The notes below the pieces were generated by a model that worked only from the letters and a program-made list of their open reading frames with translations, made no database searches and was not told the origin of the DNA. The position numbers and the translations under genes were made by a program. Positions 38,166-47,295 of a stretch of DNA of 64,000 nt are shown one piece after another; position 1 is the first letter of the stretch; the number at the start of each line of letters is the position of its first letter. Source of the stretch: a virus (taxonomy: Duplodnaviria; Caudoviricetes); IMG/VR virus record IMGVR_UViG_3300026255_000001, positions 17,853-81,852 of that record; one strand, 5' to 3'.

Positions 38166-38518
38166 TTCCTCTGCTCCTTCCACTTCTCGAAGCTCAGTTT
38201 CGTCGCACCGGAGCGTACGGCCAGTTGCCAATCTTCCCGGGGGCCCCACGCCGGGGCCCCCGGGTCTTGTGCCAGTTCGACGCCAGCTGCGGCAGCCTGG
38301 TCCTGAGGCTTTGTGATGTGCCTGGCCATCAAGCCGCAATCCAGCTTCGGCGCCATCAGCCGGCCGCTCGGAGTCCTGCGGCCCGACGCAGCCAGTTGGC
38401 GGGCCGTGTGTTCCGCGACCGAAATCACCCAGTCTACGGCTTCGCTTGAGACCGACTTTACTCCCTCGCCCTTGGACAGGATGCCCTGGATCAGGGCGCG
38501 GTTAATCTTCTTTGGCAT
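38162..38518 (-). CDS. Small protein with a candidate histone-fold N-terminus, 118 aa
   Basis: GGAGG RBS. Helix, SVSSEAV, long helix, GRRT pattern. Confidence 0.4.
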   Translation of the reverse strand: MPKKINRALIQGILSKGEGVKSVSSEAVDWVISVAEHTARQLAASGRRTPSGRLMAPKLDCGLMARHITKPQDQAAAAGVELAQDPGAPAWGPREDWQLAVRSGATKLSFEKWKEQRK

Positions 38519-38563
38519 TTGATTCCTCCGCTATCTGTTCGATTTGTTTGATTGCTTCTCCCT

Positions 38564-38803
38564 CTAACTCACGCGGTGCGTTTCGATCTTGGTCTCCGAC
38601 GAGAACGCCCCGTCGACGATCAGCGTCTGGCTGTAGCCCGCTTGAAGGGCCGCCTCGCCTGCGCGGTCGACGGCCTCGTTCGCAAACACGAACCCCTTGA
38701 ACAGGGCGAACGCCTGCTTGCGCGTCTTCGGCTTTTCGGTCGCCCAGAAGTAGTTTTCTCCCTCGGGGATGCGTCCTACGAAGGCCCAGTATTTCTTTTT
38801 CAT
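38564..38803 (-). CDS. Hypothetical protein, 79 aa
   Basis: ATGA coupling; GGAGG RBS. Confidence 0.7.
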   Translation of the reverse strand: MKKKYWAFVGRIPEGENYFWATEKPKTRKQAFALFKGFVFANEAVDRAGEAALQAGYSQTLIVDGAFSSETKIETHRVS

Positions 38804-39081
38804 GGTGTCAGTACCTCCTCCAGCTCCCCTAATTGTTGCTCCAATAAACCGGGGTCTAATATTCCGTCAACCTCGTCAAGCATGCAGTCGATGCGGATCG
38901 TTCCCAAAAGGCGAGCGGCGTGCCGGAGCCGGCGCTCCAGGTCGCGGGGAACCTCCGGCGGCATGAATTTTTCCAGCTTGCCGGGAGATCCCTGGACGTA
39001 TGATCCGTTGGCGCGAAGCTCCAGGTCGATTCGCGGTGTGGGCTCATCGTCCCACGCGGCTTTGGGTTTCTTATCGCTCAC
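38800..39081 (-). CDS. Hypothetical protein, 93 aa
   Basis: GTGA coupling. Confidence 0.7.
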   Translation of the reverse strand: MSDKKPKAAWDDEPTPRIDLELRANGSYVQGSPGKLEKFMPPEVPRDLERRLRHAARLLGTIRIDCMLDEVDGILDPGLLEQQLGELEEVLTP

Positions 39082-39371
39082 TTTTTCTTCCTCCGTATAT
39101 ACTGGATCACGTTCTCCGGGCCGAACGAGACCTTGTCCATGACGCGCATGTCCACGACGACCGGACAGTTATCCAGTTCGCCGTGATAGCGCACGCGGCC
39201 ATTCTTGCGGACGACGCGCTTGATCAGCACCCACATCCGCTCCTTGTCGTCGAACACGCATTTTGCGTGGTCGCCGACTCGCAGGGAGCGGCGCACCCGG
39301 CGCGACGGGATCCAGAACGTGTCCGGGCATTTGCGGTGGCGCTCTTCGCCGTTCAGCAGTTTGCACTTCAT
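39078..39371 (-). CDS. DUF2314/YegJ-like beta-barrel protein, 97 aa
   Basis: ERMWV...YHGELDNCP...VSFGPENV pattern. Confidence 0.5.
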   Translation of the reverse strand: MKCKLLNGEERHRKCPDTFWIPSRRVRRSLRVGDHAKCVFDDKERMWVLIKRVVRKNGRVRYHGELDNCPVVVDMRVMDKVSFGPENVIQYIRRKKK

Positions 39372-39397
39372 TTTTGTTCTCCTTCTAAAATGGACGC

Positions 39398-39428
39398 GGC
39401 CCCGCCCTCCTTCATGGAGAACGGGGCC
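39398..39428 (-). terminator. Intergenic hairpin
   Basis: GGCCCCG..CTCC-ATGAA-GGAG..CGGGGCC, then CCATTTT. Confidence 0.5.
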
Positions 39429-39441
39429 GGTCGTTGCCGGA

Positions 39442-40620
39442 CTATTCGTCCGAGTGTTTCTTTTTGAATGGATTTTCCAGCATTGGAATATCCAGCAGCT
39501 CCTCCGCCGCCTTGACCTGCTTCTTGCCCCCGCGCCTGAAGACGCTCACGGGAGGCCGGGGAACACCGAGGCGCTCTTCCAGTTTCTTCACGATCGGCGC
39601 GACATCCCGGTCCGGACCGGACAGGCCCTCGATCAGCGCGGTCTTACGCAGCGCCACGAAGTCCAGGATCTGGTCCGGGTTCTCCAGTACACCCTCTTCG
39701 ACGAGGGCGTCCGCAAGCCCGCGCATGTCCTGTATCTCCGTACCATTTGACCTGGTGGTTATGTTGTACACTCCACCAATGGTGCCTCCGTTTTGAATGG
39801 CGTACTCTTTGTTTCGCTCCTTCACCTGGTCGGCCCAGGCCGAGAGGATCGCTCCGAGGTCCTGCGCAATAATCCTGTCTCTGTCCGACACCAGGGACCC
39901 GGGATCGAAGTTCTCCGGCATCGGCAGCCCGAAGGCGTGCGTCGCCAAAGCCACCCCCTTGGTCACTGCGGGACACTGGTGCAGGTACTCGCACCGCCGA
40001 CAAACGTCGGGGTTCGAGGCGTCTGGCAGCTTCACGGGGTTGACCACGCGGTCGTTGATCTCACGTATTTCGGATTCGATGGCGGGCAGCTCGGACATCG
40101 GCAGCTCCACGAGTTCAGAGGAACCCAGGGCCGGCTGCACAATGCCAACCGTAATGGATTTGATTTCCGGCAGGGCTGGCAGGTCGCCGCGCAGACGCCC
40201 GTACTCCAAATACACCATGAGGGCATAGCATCGCAGCTGTTCATTGTTCTCTGCTGGCACGGGTTGCTGGCCGTATTTCCAGTCTATGACATAGCACGCC
40301 CCGTCCCGCGTTACGAACACCCAGTCCGCGGTTCCGCTGGGGTGTCTGTTCGTGGCCGGAATTTTGAACTCGTGCTTCTCAAACTGGATGTCTACGGCGG
40401 CTCGAGTGGCGTCTTCAAAATCGCGGCAGAATTGTACCAGGGCTTGGGCGTCGGGGCTCAAGTCGTCCAGCGGCTTAGCGCGGTCCGCCGAATACTCGTG
40501 CAGGTTTGTGCCCGCGTTTTTGTACTCGGCTCCCCAGGACTCGGACTCCTTGAAACAGGGGCACGAATTTTTGCTGGTAGCCAGTTTGCTTGGGCTCAAG
40601 GCCCATCTGTAATCACTCAT
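39442..40620 (-). CDS. DUF2800/Cas4-like PD-(D/E)XK exonuclease, 392 aa
   Basis: LSPS...CPC, GTNLH, GTADWV, VIDWKYG, NEQLRCYAL, CRRCEYLHQCP. Confidence 0.85.
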   Translation of the reverse strand: MSDYRWALSPSKLATSKNSCPCFKESESWGAEYKNAGTNLHEYSADRAKPLDDLSPDAQALVQFCRDFEDATRAAVDIQFEKHEFKIPATNRHPSGTADWVFVTRDGACYVIDWKYGQQPVPAENNEQLRCYALMVYLEYGRLRGDLPALPEIKSITVGIVQPALGSSELVELPMSELPAIESEIREINDRVVNPVKLPDASNPDVCRRCEYLHQCPAVTKGVALATHAFGLPMPENFDPGSLVSDRDRIIAQDLGAILSAWADQVKERNKEYAIQNGGTIGGVYNITTRSNGTEIQDMRGLADALVEEGVLENPDQILDFVALRKTALIEGLSGPDRDVAPIVKKLEERLGVPRPPVSVFRRGGKKQVKAAEELLDIPMLENPFKKKHSDE

Positions 40621-40864
40621 TTTCTTTCTCCTCTATTGTCCAGCCGATGGCGGCCAGCACTTCTTCCGTTGCTTTATCCCCTTCGCCCTCGACGCGAACA
40701 ACCGTTTTGCGGCTGCCCTCGATGCGATAGATTGAACCTGCCCGAGGGATCCCCCAAACCCCGCCTTCCTTGAAGCGGGGCAGGAAGTTCTCCATCCATT
40801 CTTTGGCTTGCGCCATGGTCATGGGCACCTGGCCCAACGGTTTCTGCCGCACGAAGTCAACCAT
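40613..40864 (-). CDS. Hypothetical protein, 83 aa
   Basis: Overlaps the upstream stop; GAGG RBS. Confidence 0.65.
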   Translation of the reverse strand: MVDFVRQKPLGQVPMTMAQAKEWMENFLPRFKEGGVWGIPRAGSIYRIEGSRKTVVRVEGEGDKATEEVLAAIGWTIEEKENE

Positions 40865-41165
40865 CGCGGGCCGCCTCGTGCTCCAGGGCTTCGACGACGC
40901 GGTCGAGCTCGGCCGCCGCATTGCCGATGACGCGGATGGCCTCATAGAGCCCCTCCTTGTAGTCAAGCCCGCCGCAGCACTCGCCCACTTCGTGGGCGAT
41001 GAACAGCGCCAACGTGTCGCCGGACTGGGAGTCCACGGGTTCGCTCTTGGCGTTGTTCCAGTACAAAGACACCAGCCCGTCGGGGTAGGCGTCGTTGACG
41101 ACCTTCATGATCTTATTCAGGACAGGGTCCCTGCCCTTGAATTCGGGGTTTTTATTGCTTCCCAT
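40857..41165 (-). CDS. Hypothetical protein, 102 aa
   Basis: AAGGA RBS; tightly packed. Confidence 0.7.
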   Translation of the reverse strand: MGSNKNPEFKGRDPVLNKIMKVVNDAYPDGLVSLYWNNAKSEPVDSQSGDTLALFIAHEVGECCGGLDYKEGLYEAIRVIGNAAAELDRVVEALEHEAARDG

Positions 41166-41319
41166 TGGGTATGATCCTTTCCAGTTTGAGGTTGATCTCC
41201 GTGGCCAGCGCCTCGGAGAACTGTTGCTCGGCCTCCAGGCGCCGTCGGAGATCCTGCTGCCGCTCTCCGGACAGCAGGATCAGCACGGCGATGGCGGCTA
41301 TATATATGATGTCCTTCAT
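41152..41319 (-). CDS. Small membrane-anchored coiled-coil protein, 55 aa
   Basis: AGGAG RBS; N-terminal hydrophobic helix. Confidence 0.6.
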   Translation of the reverse strand: MKDIIYIAAIAVLILLSGERQQDLRRRLEAEQQFSEALATEINLKLERIIPNGKQ

Positions 41320-41326
41320 TCTTCTC

Positions 41327-42649
41327 CTATGCGAGATCGTCATCCGTAAGGGTGGCGATGTTGTTTATCTTGAATTGCAGCCTGCGATATACCCGTTCTT
41401 CCACGGTTTGGGCAACCAAAACGATGCGTTGAACTACGCTGCCCAGTCCGCCAGCCCGGTAGATGCGGCCCAGACATTGGATCAATTCGTCCGCTTTGTA
41501 GGTCGGCCGCACAATGGACGTCCTCGGCCTTTGTTCCTCCCGCGTACGATGCAGCGAGATCGACAGACCGCCGGCGCCCATGGTCGCCAGGAACACCTGG
41601 TGCTTGTCCAGCTGGAACAGCTTGACCGCGGCTTCGCGCTCGGCCGGGGATGAGTCTCCCGTGAGAACACTGATGCCGAGTACACCCTGCCTGAGTAGCT
41701 CGAGCCGGATGCGCGCCAGAGTATCTTTGAACGAACACGCCACGAACACCGAGTTGCCCTCCGCCAGCGAGTCGACCACCATGTCGGCAATCGCAGGGGC
41801 GGAAAGGTACTCCGCCCTTTGCCGGGCCCGGAGCATCTCCACCAGGGGGTTGGGGTTCTTGGTCTCCCTGACCTCCTTGGACATCTCGGCGTACAGCTCG
41901 TCGATCTCTCTGGCCTCCCTGTCCTGCAGGCTGATCAGCGTAGGCTCCACAATCTGCTCGGGGAAGAATTCCTTCAGGTCCTCCACGGTCAACCGCACGG
42001 TGCGGTCGTCCAGGAACTCCCGGATTCGGGAGAGATGGACCTTGGCCAACCGGGATTCGGGGTTGAAGTCGAGTCCCCGGTGGAAGGGGCTGTTGCGACA
42101 GCCGTGCGCCCGGCAGAACCGCCAATAGTCCGCCGAGGCGTACTTGTGCAAGCCCATCAGATACCCACTGTTTCTCATGTCCAGCGGGGACGTGAAGGGT
42201 GTGGCGCTCATCAGGAGAACGGGGACGCCCTGGGGCCGGAGCATGGCGGCCATGCGCCCGGTCTGGGAGTCCTGCCCGAGCATGCCTCGGTGGATCTCGT
42301 CCCACAAAACGACGTGCCCGTTGCCTCCGGTCTTCAGGTTCCACCTGAACTGCATGGCCTTGCCCTTGCCGGTGGACGTCACCCAGGGCAGCTTGCCGGT
42401 CTTGAGCCGCTCGGGGTTGGCGATCCCCACGACAGGGATGCCGAGGTCCCTGGACCAGGCCGACCAGGTGCCGTGCGCCGCCAGGGGCGCCACGACCAGG
42501 GGCTGCAGGCCGAGTTCCTTGGCTGTAACCAGACCGACAAGCGTCTTACCGGTACCCGTTACGCTCCAGTTGCCAGCGACACGCAGCCTGCGCAGCGCCC
42601 CGACCAGCTTTTCAACGGCCGCCTTTTGCGGCGGGTATAATTCTGTCAT
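41327..42649 (-). CDS. SF2 (SNF2/DEAD-like) helicase, 440 aa
   Basis: TGTGKT, WDEIH, MSATP, GGLSISLH, QCLGRIYR; ATGA coupling (start corrected). Confidence 0.9.
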   Translation of the reverse strand: MTELYPPQKAAVEKLVGALRRLRVAGNWSVTGTGKTLVGLVTAKELGLQPLVVAPLAAHGTWSAWSRDLGIPVVGIANPERLKTGKLPWVTSTGKGKAMQFRWNLKTGGNGHVVLWDEIHRGMLGQDSQTGRMAAMLRPQGVPVLLMSATPFTSPLDMRNSGYLMGLHKYASADYWRFCRAHGCRNSPFHRGLDFNPESRLAKVHLSRIREFLDDRTVRLTVEDLKEFFPEQIVEPTLISLQDREAREIDELYAEMSKEVRETKNPNPLVEMLRARQRAEYLSAPAIADMVVDSLAEGNSVFVACSFKDTLARIRLELLRQGVLGISVLTGDSSPAEREAAVKLFQLDKHQVFLATMGAGGLSISLHRTREEQRPRTSIVRPTYKADELIQCLGRIYRAGGLGSVVQRIVLVAQTVEERVYRRLQFKINNIATLTDDDLA

Positions 42650-42975
42650 GCTTCCTCCGTCCATAGCCTCAGTGTCTTCAGTAAGGCCTCTGCTCTCTGT
42701 TCGGCAGTAGCCTGTATGCAGTTCATTACGCTCCCGCAGATGTCCAGCAGATGCTTCTGGAAATCGAACCACTCGAAGCCGTCTCTGTAGCGTAGTGTCT
42801 CGACCGCCTCGTGCATGGCATCGAGGCTGTTCAGGTAGTCGGGGCAGTCGTCGGTGATCGTGCCGTCCGGCCAATGCCAGCGGTGGGCCTCGCCGTCACA
42901 GAAGCCGCAGGTGCACGGCTTGAACACGCCGCCTACTGCCTCGGCGATCGCGATTCTTTGTTTCTCTTGGTTCAT
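42646..42975 (-). CDS. Phage ABA-sandwich-like protein, 109 aa
   Basis: PDYLNSLDAMHEA...ATAEQRAEALL pattern. Confidence 0.55.
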   Translation of the reverse strand: MNQEKQRIAIAEAVGGVFKPCTCGFCDGEAHRWHWPDGTITDDCPDYLNSLDAMHEAVETLRYRDGFEWFDFQKHLLDICGSVMNCIQATAEQRAEALLKTLRLWTEEA

Positions 42976-43043
42976 GGGTTCTCCTTTTGGATTTTCCGCG
43001 CTCTCTGCGACTGGGTCGCCCGGGGATTTGGGTTCATTTTGTT

Positions 43044-43084
43044 AAAAGGGGTTGACGCCCTCCCCGTTGTGCAGGGAGGGCGTC
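43044..43084 (-). terminator. Hairpin plus AACCCCTTTT ending the ubiquitin-like operon
   Basis: Perfect 11-bp stem GACGCCCTCCC/GGGAGGGCGTC, 15 nt after the JAB stop. Confidence 0.75.
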
Positions 43085-43098
43085 GGGAAACCGTGACG

Positions 43099-44544
43099 TC
43101 AGTCGTAGCTTCCGAAGCCGTTGCCGAAGATTTCATCTTCGAAAACGGCGGAGGCCGGCTCGGGGGTGACCGGCGCTTTCTTCTTTTTCTTGTCGGCCTT
43201 CGGGGCCTTGTAGTCGTCCGTCAGGACTTCCTCCACGGCCGCCGCGATGCACTCCGGCGAGAAGCCGTGGAATCCCACGAGTTCCTGCAGGCGCTCCATG
43301 CCTTCGGCAAAGCAGTCCGTGATGTCGCGGACCAGCTCGTCCATGCGCTCGACCTCGAAGTTCGCACCGTCCTGGGTGCGCATGGCGTCGACGGCGGCAT
43401 AAACCTCGTCGCTGAGCACGCCCGAATGGGTGTGCCGCAGCAGGTAGGCCAAGGCGCCCTCGACTTCGTCGTCGACCTCGTCGTAGGTCAGCGGCCGGCC
43501 CGCGGCGTCGATCCCGAAGACCTCGCGGTTCTCGAGTTCGGCGTCCGCTTCGGCGTCGTTGTTGTCCGTCAGCGGCTCGTCGCCGATGACAGCGGCGTTC
43601 GGAAACCGCTTGTCGAACTCCTGGCTGGACGGCGAATGCACCCAGCATTTCAGCCGGGCGCTCCAGACGGCAGTGGGAAACGGCTTGTGATTGATGTTCG
43701 TCCACAAGGTCCGCTGCTCGGCGCCCTGGTTGCGGTAGTCGAAGCCGTATCCCGTCGTGCCCTTGTGCGCCGGGTGGGTATAGACCTTGGGCGGGGGTGG
43801 CGGGAAGCAGCATTTCAGCCAGTCCTGGGGGAACTCGAGCTTGGTTTCGGGGGGCACCACGTAGGTGAACTCCGGATCCCGGGCGTCGAGGTCGGTGGAC
43901 CAGCCGGGGAACCAGTCGTTCCAATCCAGGTTGTACAGCACGCCGCGGAACGAAACCCGTCCGTGGATGTGCATGTTGTCCGACGACACTCTCCCGAACG
44001 TGATGTGCAATCCCGTCTGGGTCAGCTCGTCCTTATGGTCAGTGCCGGACTGGAACGCCGAGCAATCGCAGTGCGAGTGTGCGGTGCCGCAAGGTTCGAA
44101 GCCTTCGACAGCGTTGAACACCTGCGTGCGCAGCTCCTCCTGCTCGACGGTCAGCGAGACCGGCTTGATCTCGCCCGAGAACATGCCGGTGTTCACGGTC
44201 TGGGGTACCACGACGACACGCCACTCCCGGGTCTCGGCTCTGTAGAACAGCCGGGCCTGGGCTTCCGAACGCCAGGTTTCGTTGGCGTGCCGGAAGAACC
44301 CGGCGAGCTGCGACCAGATCTCGGCCGGCAGGGGCGCGCCCTTCCAGCGAAGCACCGGTTTGTCGGCGACCTGCAGGTCCAGGGCGATGGGCCCCGACCA
44401 CAGCTCGAGGTCCTGGGGAGCCAGGACCTTGCCGTAGGACGTCGAGAGCTGCGAGAAGTCGGGCCGGACCGCCGGCGCCTCCTGCTCGAGGATCTCTTGT
44501 TCGGGGGCCTCCTGTTCGGGGGCCTCCAGCAGTGCGGTTGTCAT
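43099..44544 (-). CDS. JAB/JAMM metallo-isopeptidase (prokaryotic DUB) with a long C-terminal extension, 481 aa
   Basis: HSH-x7-S-x2-D (HSHCDCSAFQSGTD, 44079-44038) plus upstream Glu (RSEAQ); ATGA coupling (start corrected). Confidence 0.9.
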   Translation of the reverse strand: MTTALLEAPEQEAPEQEILEQEAPAVRPDFSQLSTSYGKVLAPQDLELWSGPIALDLQVADKPVLRWKGAPLPAEIWSQLAGFFRHANETWRSEAQARLFYRAETREWRVVVVPQTVNTGMFSGEIKPVSLTVEQEELRTQVFNAVEGFEPCGTAHSHCDCSAFQSGTDHKDELTQTGLHITFGRVSSDNMHIHGRVSFRGVLYNLDWNDWFPGWSTDLDARDPEFTYVVPPETKLEFPQDWLKCCFPPPPPKVYTHPAHKGTTGYGFDYRNQGAEQRTLWTNINHKPFPTAVWSARLKCWVHSPSSQEFDKRFPNAAVIGDEPLTDNNDAEADAELENREVFGIDAAGRPLTYDEVDDEVEGALAYLLRHTHSGVLSDEVYAAVDAMRTQDGANFEVERMDELVRDITDCFAEGMERLQELVGFHGFSPECIAAAVEEVLTDDYKAPKADKKKKKAPVTPEPASAVFEDEIFGNGFGSYD

Positions 44545-45350
44545 ATTTGAATCTCCTCGGGTTCTTCCTCTTCGTCCTCTTCGTCGTTCTCGGCGTCGCG
44601 CTCGGCCCGGAGCCGTTCGATGTCGTCGGCCAGCTCCTCGCGCAGGCGCGAGATCAAGATTCCGGCGCGACTGTGGCGTGTCAACTCCCACCCTCCGTCG
44701 CCGGTGCCACAATCGGTTTCCTCGTAGTTGCGTTCCGAACCGTCCACGATGTCGGGGCTCCAGTCCATGTAGTCTTCATCAATGGCGTCGTTGATCATTT
44801 CCAGCACTTCGTCTTCGTCGTCGTCCAGCAGGAGCTGCGCAACGGCTTCGCGGTCGAGTTCGATGTCGCCGCAACGGCGCTCGTCGAACTCCTCGTACAT
44901 ACGCCGCCAGGCGTCGGTCTGCACTTCGACTTCAAGTTCCACGGTCGTTGGCCGGGCAGGCTCCGTCTGTCCGTTCGGCGTCCAGGCCACCCCCCTGCAC
45001 CAACGGCTGTCGTTGTTGCAGGCGGTGTTGTACAACTTCTGCCGAAGCCAGTTCCAGGCACCGGATTTCCAGTTGTCGACCTGATTGGTCTCCAGGTGGC
45101 GGACGTACAGCGGATAGTAGGCCGCCACCAGCGCCGGTATGAAGGCCGTCAAGTTAAGTCCGCTCGGCAGGTCGGCAGGCGCCAGCTCGAACTCCGGCTT
45201 CCAGGACACGCCGAGCCGGGCCTTACACAGCAAGGGCCTCAAGGCGTTGCGCGCCCGCAGGAACGCGAAGCCGGACTGAGCCAGGAGGATCGACAGCTTC
45301 TCCTTCGTTGTCTCCTGGAATTCCTCCAGGCTAGGTATTGTAATCGGCAT
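44541..45350 (-). CDS. Acidic protein in the Ubl operon, 269 aa, function unknown
   Basis: Overlaps both E1 and JAB; D/E-rich C-terminal half. Confidence 0.75.
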   Translation of the reverse strand: MPITIPSLEEFQETTKEKLSILLAQSGFAFLRARNALRPLLCKARLGVSWKPEFELAPADLPSGLNLTAFIPALVAAYYPLYVRHLETNQVDNWKSGAWNWLRQKLYNTACNNDSRWCRGVAWTPNGQTEPARPTTVELEVEVQTDAWRRMYEEFDERRCGDIELDREAVAQLLLDDDEDEVLEMINDAIDEDYMDWSPDIVDGSERNYEETDCGTGDGGWELTRHSRAGILISRLREELADDIERLRAERDAENDEEDEEEEPEEIQI

Positions 45351-46080
45351 TGCACACCTCGTTGTAGCTGAGTGTTTTCTGCCCGGTCGCCGTCCATTGG
45401 ACGCTGACCGGCAGCTTGTTCAGAATGGTCTCGTGGAGTTCGTCCCCGCGAAACTTCGGTTCCTCCTGCGCCCAAACATCCATGAGCCAGAGGCCCGAGA
45501 TGCCGGAGAGGGAGTTGTAGAGCGCCAGCTGCGGGCTGGATGCCAGGGCTTCCCCGGTGCAGGGCGGCCGCAGGGGGTCGCCTTCCACGGACTTCAGGAT
45601 CTCGGGATACCGGACGCGGGGGTCCAGGGGGCCGTTGATCCATCGCGGCAGGTAAACGTCGACGCCGGCCGTCACGTATTCGTTGCCCGTCAGGACGACG
45701 ACCGTGGGGCGCTTGGCGGCGTGCCGTGCATCGGCGAGCCTGAGGCAGGTTACCCTGGCCGGATGGTTATCCACGCAAACCAGGATTCGCAACGGGTCGG
45801 GAAGCTCCAGCATCTTCGTCCAGTCGTCGGTGCCCGGCGCCAGGTAGCGCGGCACGGGCGTGACGTTGGCCCAGCCAGCCTTTGTCAACAGGTCAAAGGC
45901 GGTTATCGCCTTGGGCCGGCCAACGTCCCGGCGGGACATCAGGCAGCGGTCCATGTTCCGGCGTTCCCACTTGTCGCCGTCCACGAGGACGATGTTCAGG
46001 TCGGCTCGCGGGGATTTGGCGAGGAGCTGGACTACCCAGCCCCCCGATCCCCCGCAACCAATGATTGCAAGCGTTTCCAT
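45331..46080 (-). CDS. ThiF/E1-like ubiquitin-activating enzyme, 249 aa
   Basis: IIGCGGSGG, VDGDKWERRNMDR, CVDNHPAR, candidate catalytic Cys in PPCTG (45559-61). Confidence 0.92.
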   Translation of the reverse strand: METLAIIGCGGSGGWVVQLLAKSPRADLNIVLVDGDKWERRNMDRCLMSRRDVGRPKAITAFDLLTKAGWANVTPVPRYLAPGTDDWTKMLELPDPLRILVCVDNHPARVTCLRLADARHAAKRPTVVVLTGNEYVTAGVDVYLPRWINGPLDPRVRYPEILKSVEGDPLRPPCTGEALASSPQLALYNSLSGISGLWLMDVWAQEEPKFRGDELHETILNKLPVSVQWTATGQKTLSYNEVCNADYNT

Positions 46081-46081
46081 G

Positions 46082-46372
46082 TCAGATGTTCTCCAGGAGT
46101 TTAAGGTTGTTCTTGCAGCGGGCTTCGGCTTGCAGGAGCGCCGTTACGGCAGGCGTCAGGCGCCCCACCATGGCGGCCCCCATGCCATGCTCGGCCGTCA
46201 AGCCAGGCAGCAGGATGGGGATCATCCAGCGCGCCAGCGCCGCGGCGTCAAGGTGAGAGCATGCCGCCTTGCCGTGGTGCACCAGCGGTGTCAACATCGA
46301 GCGTTCGTTCTCCCCAATATCCGACAGGCCGAGCTCCGGGGCGGTCTGGATAAGTTCGTGCAGGTTCATCAT
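46082..46372 (-). CDS. Small helical protein between E2 and E1, 96 aa
   Basis: ATGA coupling to E2; ends 1 nt before E1. Confidence 0.7.
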   Translation of the reverse strand: MMNLHELIQTAPELGLSDIGENERSMLTPLVHHGKAACSHLDAAALARWMIPILLPGLTAEHGMGAAMVGRLTPAVTALLQAEARCKNNLKLLENI

Positions 46373-47181
46373 GCGTTCCTCTCTTCAATCCGCTTGGCGG
46401 CGAACAGCTTGGCGCCTTCGTGGTGGTCCAGGTCGGCGGCTCTGCAGTGCTCCCACCAGCTTTGATGGTTTGCCGGAGTGAACTGGCCTTCAACGTTCCA
46501 TTTGAACAACGCGTGGAACCGCGCCGCCATGGAGTCAAACAGATCGCGGTTCCACGGTGCGTGGACCCAGCGGTCGTAGAGCCAGGTCACCTTGGCGGGC
46601 AGCGACACGTGTGCGGGTTCGCCGGTACTCAGATCACCCGTACAGATCTTGGCGTTGCTGTAGGTATTGGGCAACGGCAGTACGACGGTGCGGCGCGGCG
46701 GAAGCTCCGGGTTCTCCAGACGATTCTCAGCCGGGCAGTCCAGGATGCCGAACATTGTGGTCTCGCCGTAGCCGCGCTGCGAGGGGTCCTGGGGCACGTC
46801 GATGAGCCACCAGAGTTCCATGAACTCCGGGATGTCGCAGCGCAGGGTGCGCGCGGTTTCCGGGTCGATCAGCACGCCGTCCCGGGCGAACGTCGGTCGC
46901 AACAGATTGTCCTGCGCCTCCCACACCGTGTGGAAGTTGAGCCGCGGGATGCGGATGGCCGCAGTCTGCCAGGGCGCGCCTTCGGGGTGCATGACGAAGC
47001 GCAGGTCCGCGACGATAGGGTCAGCGGGGTCGCCAAAGGCGCCCAGCGACGGGGTTACGAAGTGCAGCCCGGCTTCGGCCTGGCGCTTGAAGAAGTCGTG
47101 CAGGTCAAGGTCGACCCGGACACTGTTGTACGATTCCTTGTAGATCGCCCCTTCGGGCGTCATGATCAGTCTGGTTCGCAT
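46369..47181 (-). CDS. Prokaryotic E2-like ubiquitin-conjugating enzyme, 270 aa
   Basis: LPNTYSNAKIC has the PN-x7-C spacing of UBC active sites (Cys at 46642-44); AGGAG RBS (start corrected). Confidence 0.75.
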   Translation of the reverse strand: MRTRLIMTPEGAIYKESYNSVRVDLDLHDFFKRQAEAGLHFVTPSLGAFGDPADPIVADLRFVMHPEGAPWQTAAIRIPRLNFHTVWEAQDNLLRPTFARDGVLIDPETARTLRCDIPEFMELWWLIDVPQDPSQRGYGETTMFGILDCPAENRLENPELPPRRTVVLPLPNTYSNAKICTGDLSTGEPAHVSLPAKVTWLYDRWVHAPWNRDLFDSMAARFHALFKWNVEGQFTPANHQSWWEHCRAADLDHHEGAKLFAAKRIEERNA

Positions 47182-47295
47182 TATGGATGTTCTCCTGGGT
47201 TGGTTTTTTTGAAACGGGTTTAGGGACACGATGGAAAAGGGGTTGCCCGGCTTTTCACCGGGCTGGGTAGCCATAAGCTACTCTGTCAAAGGGAT

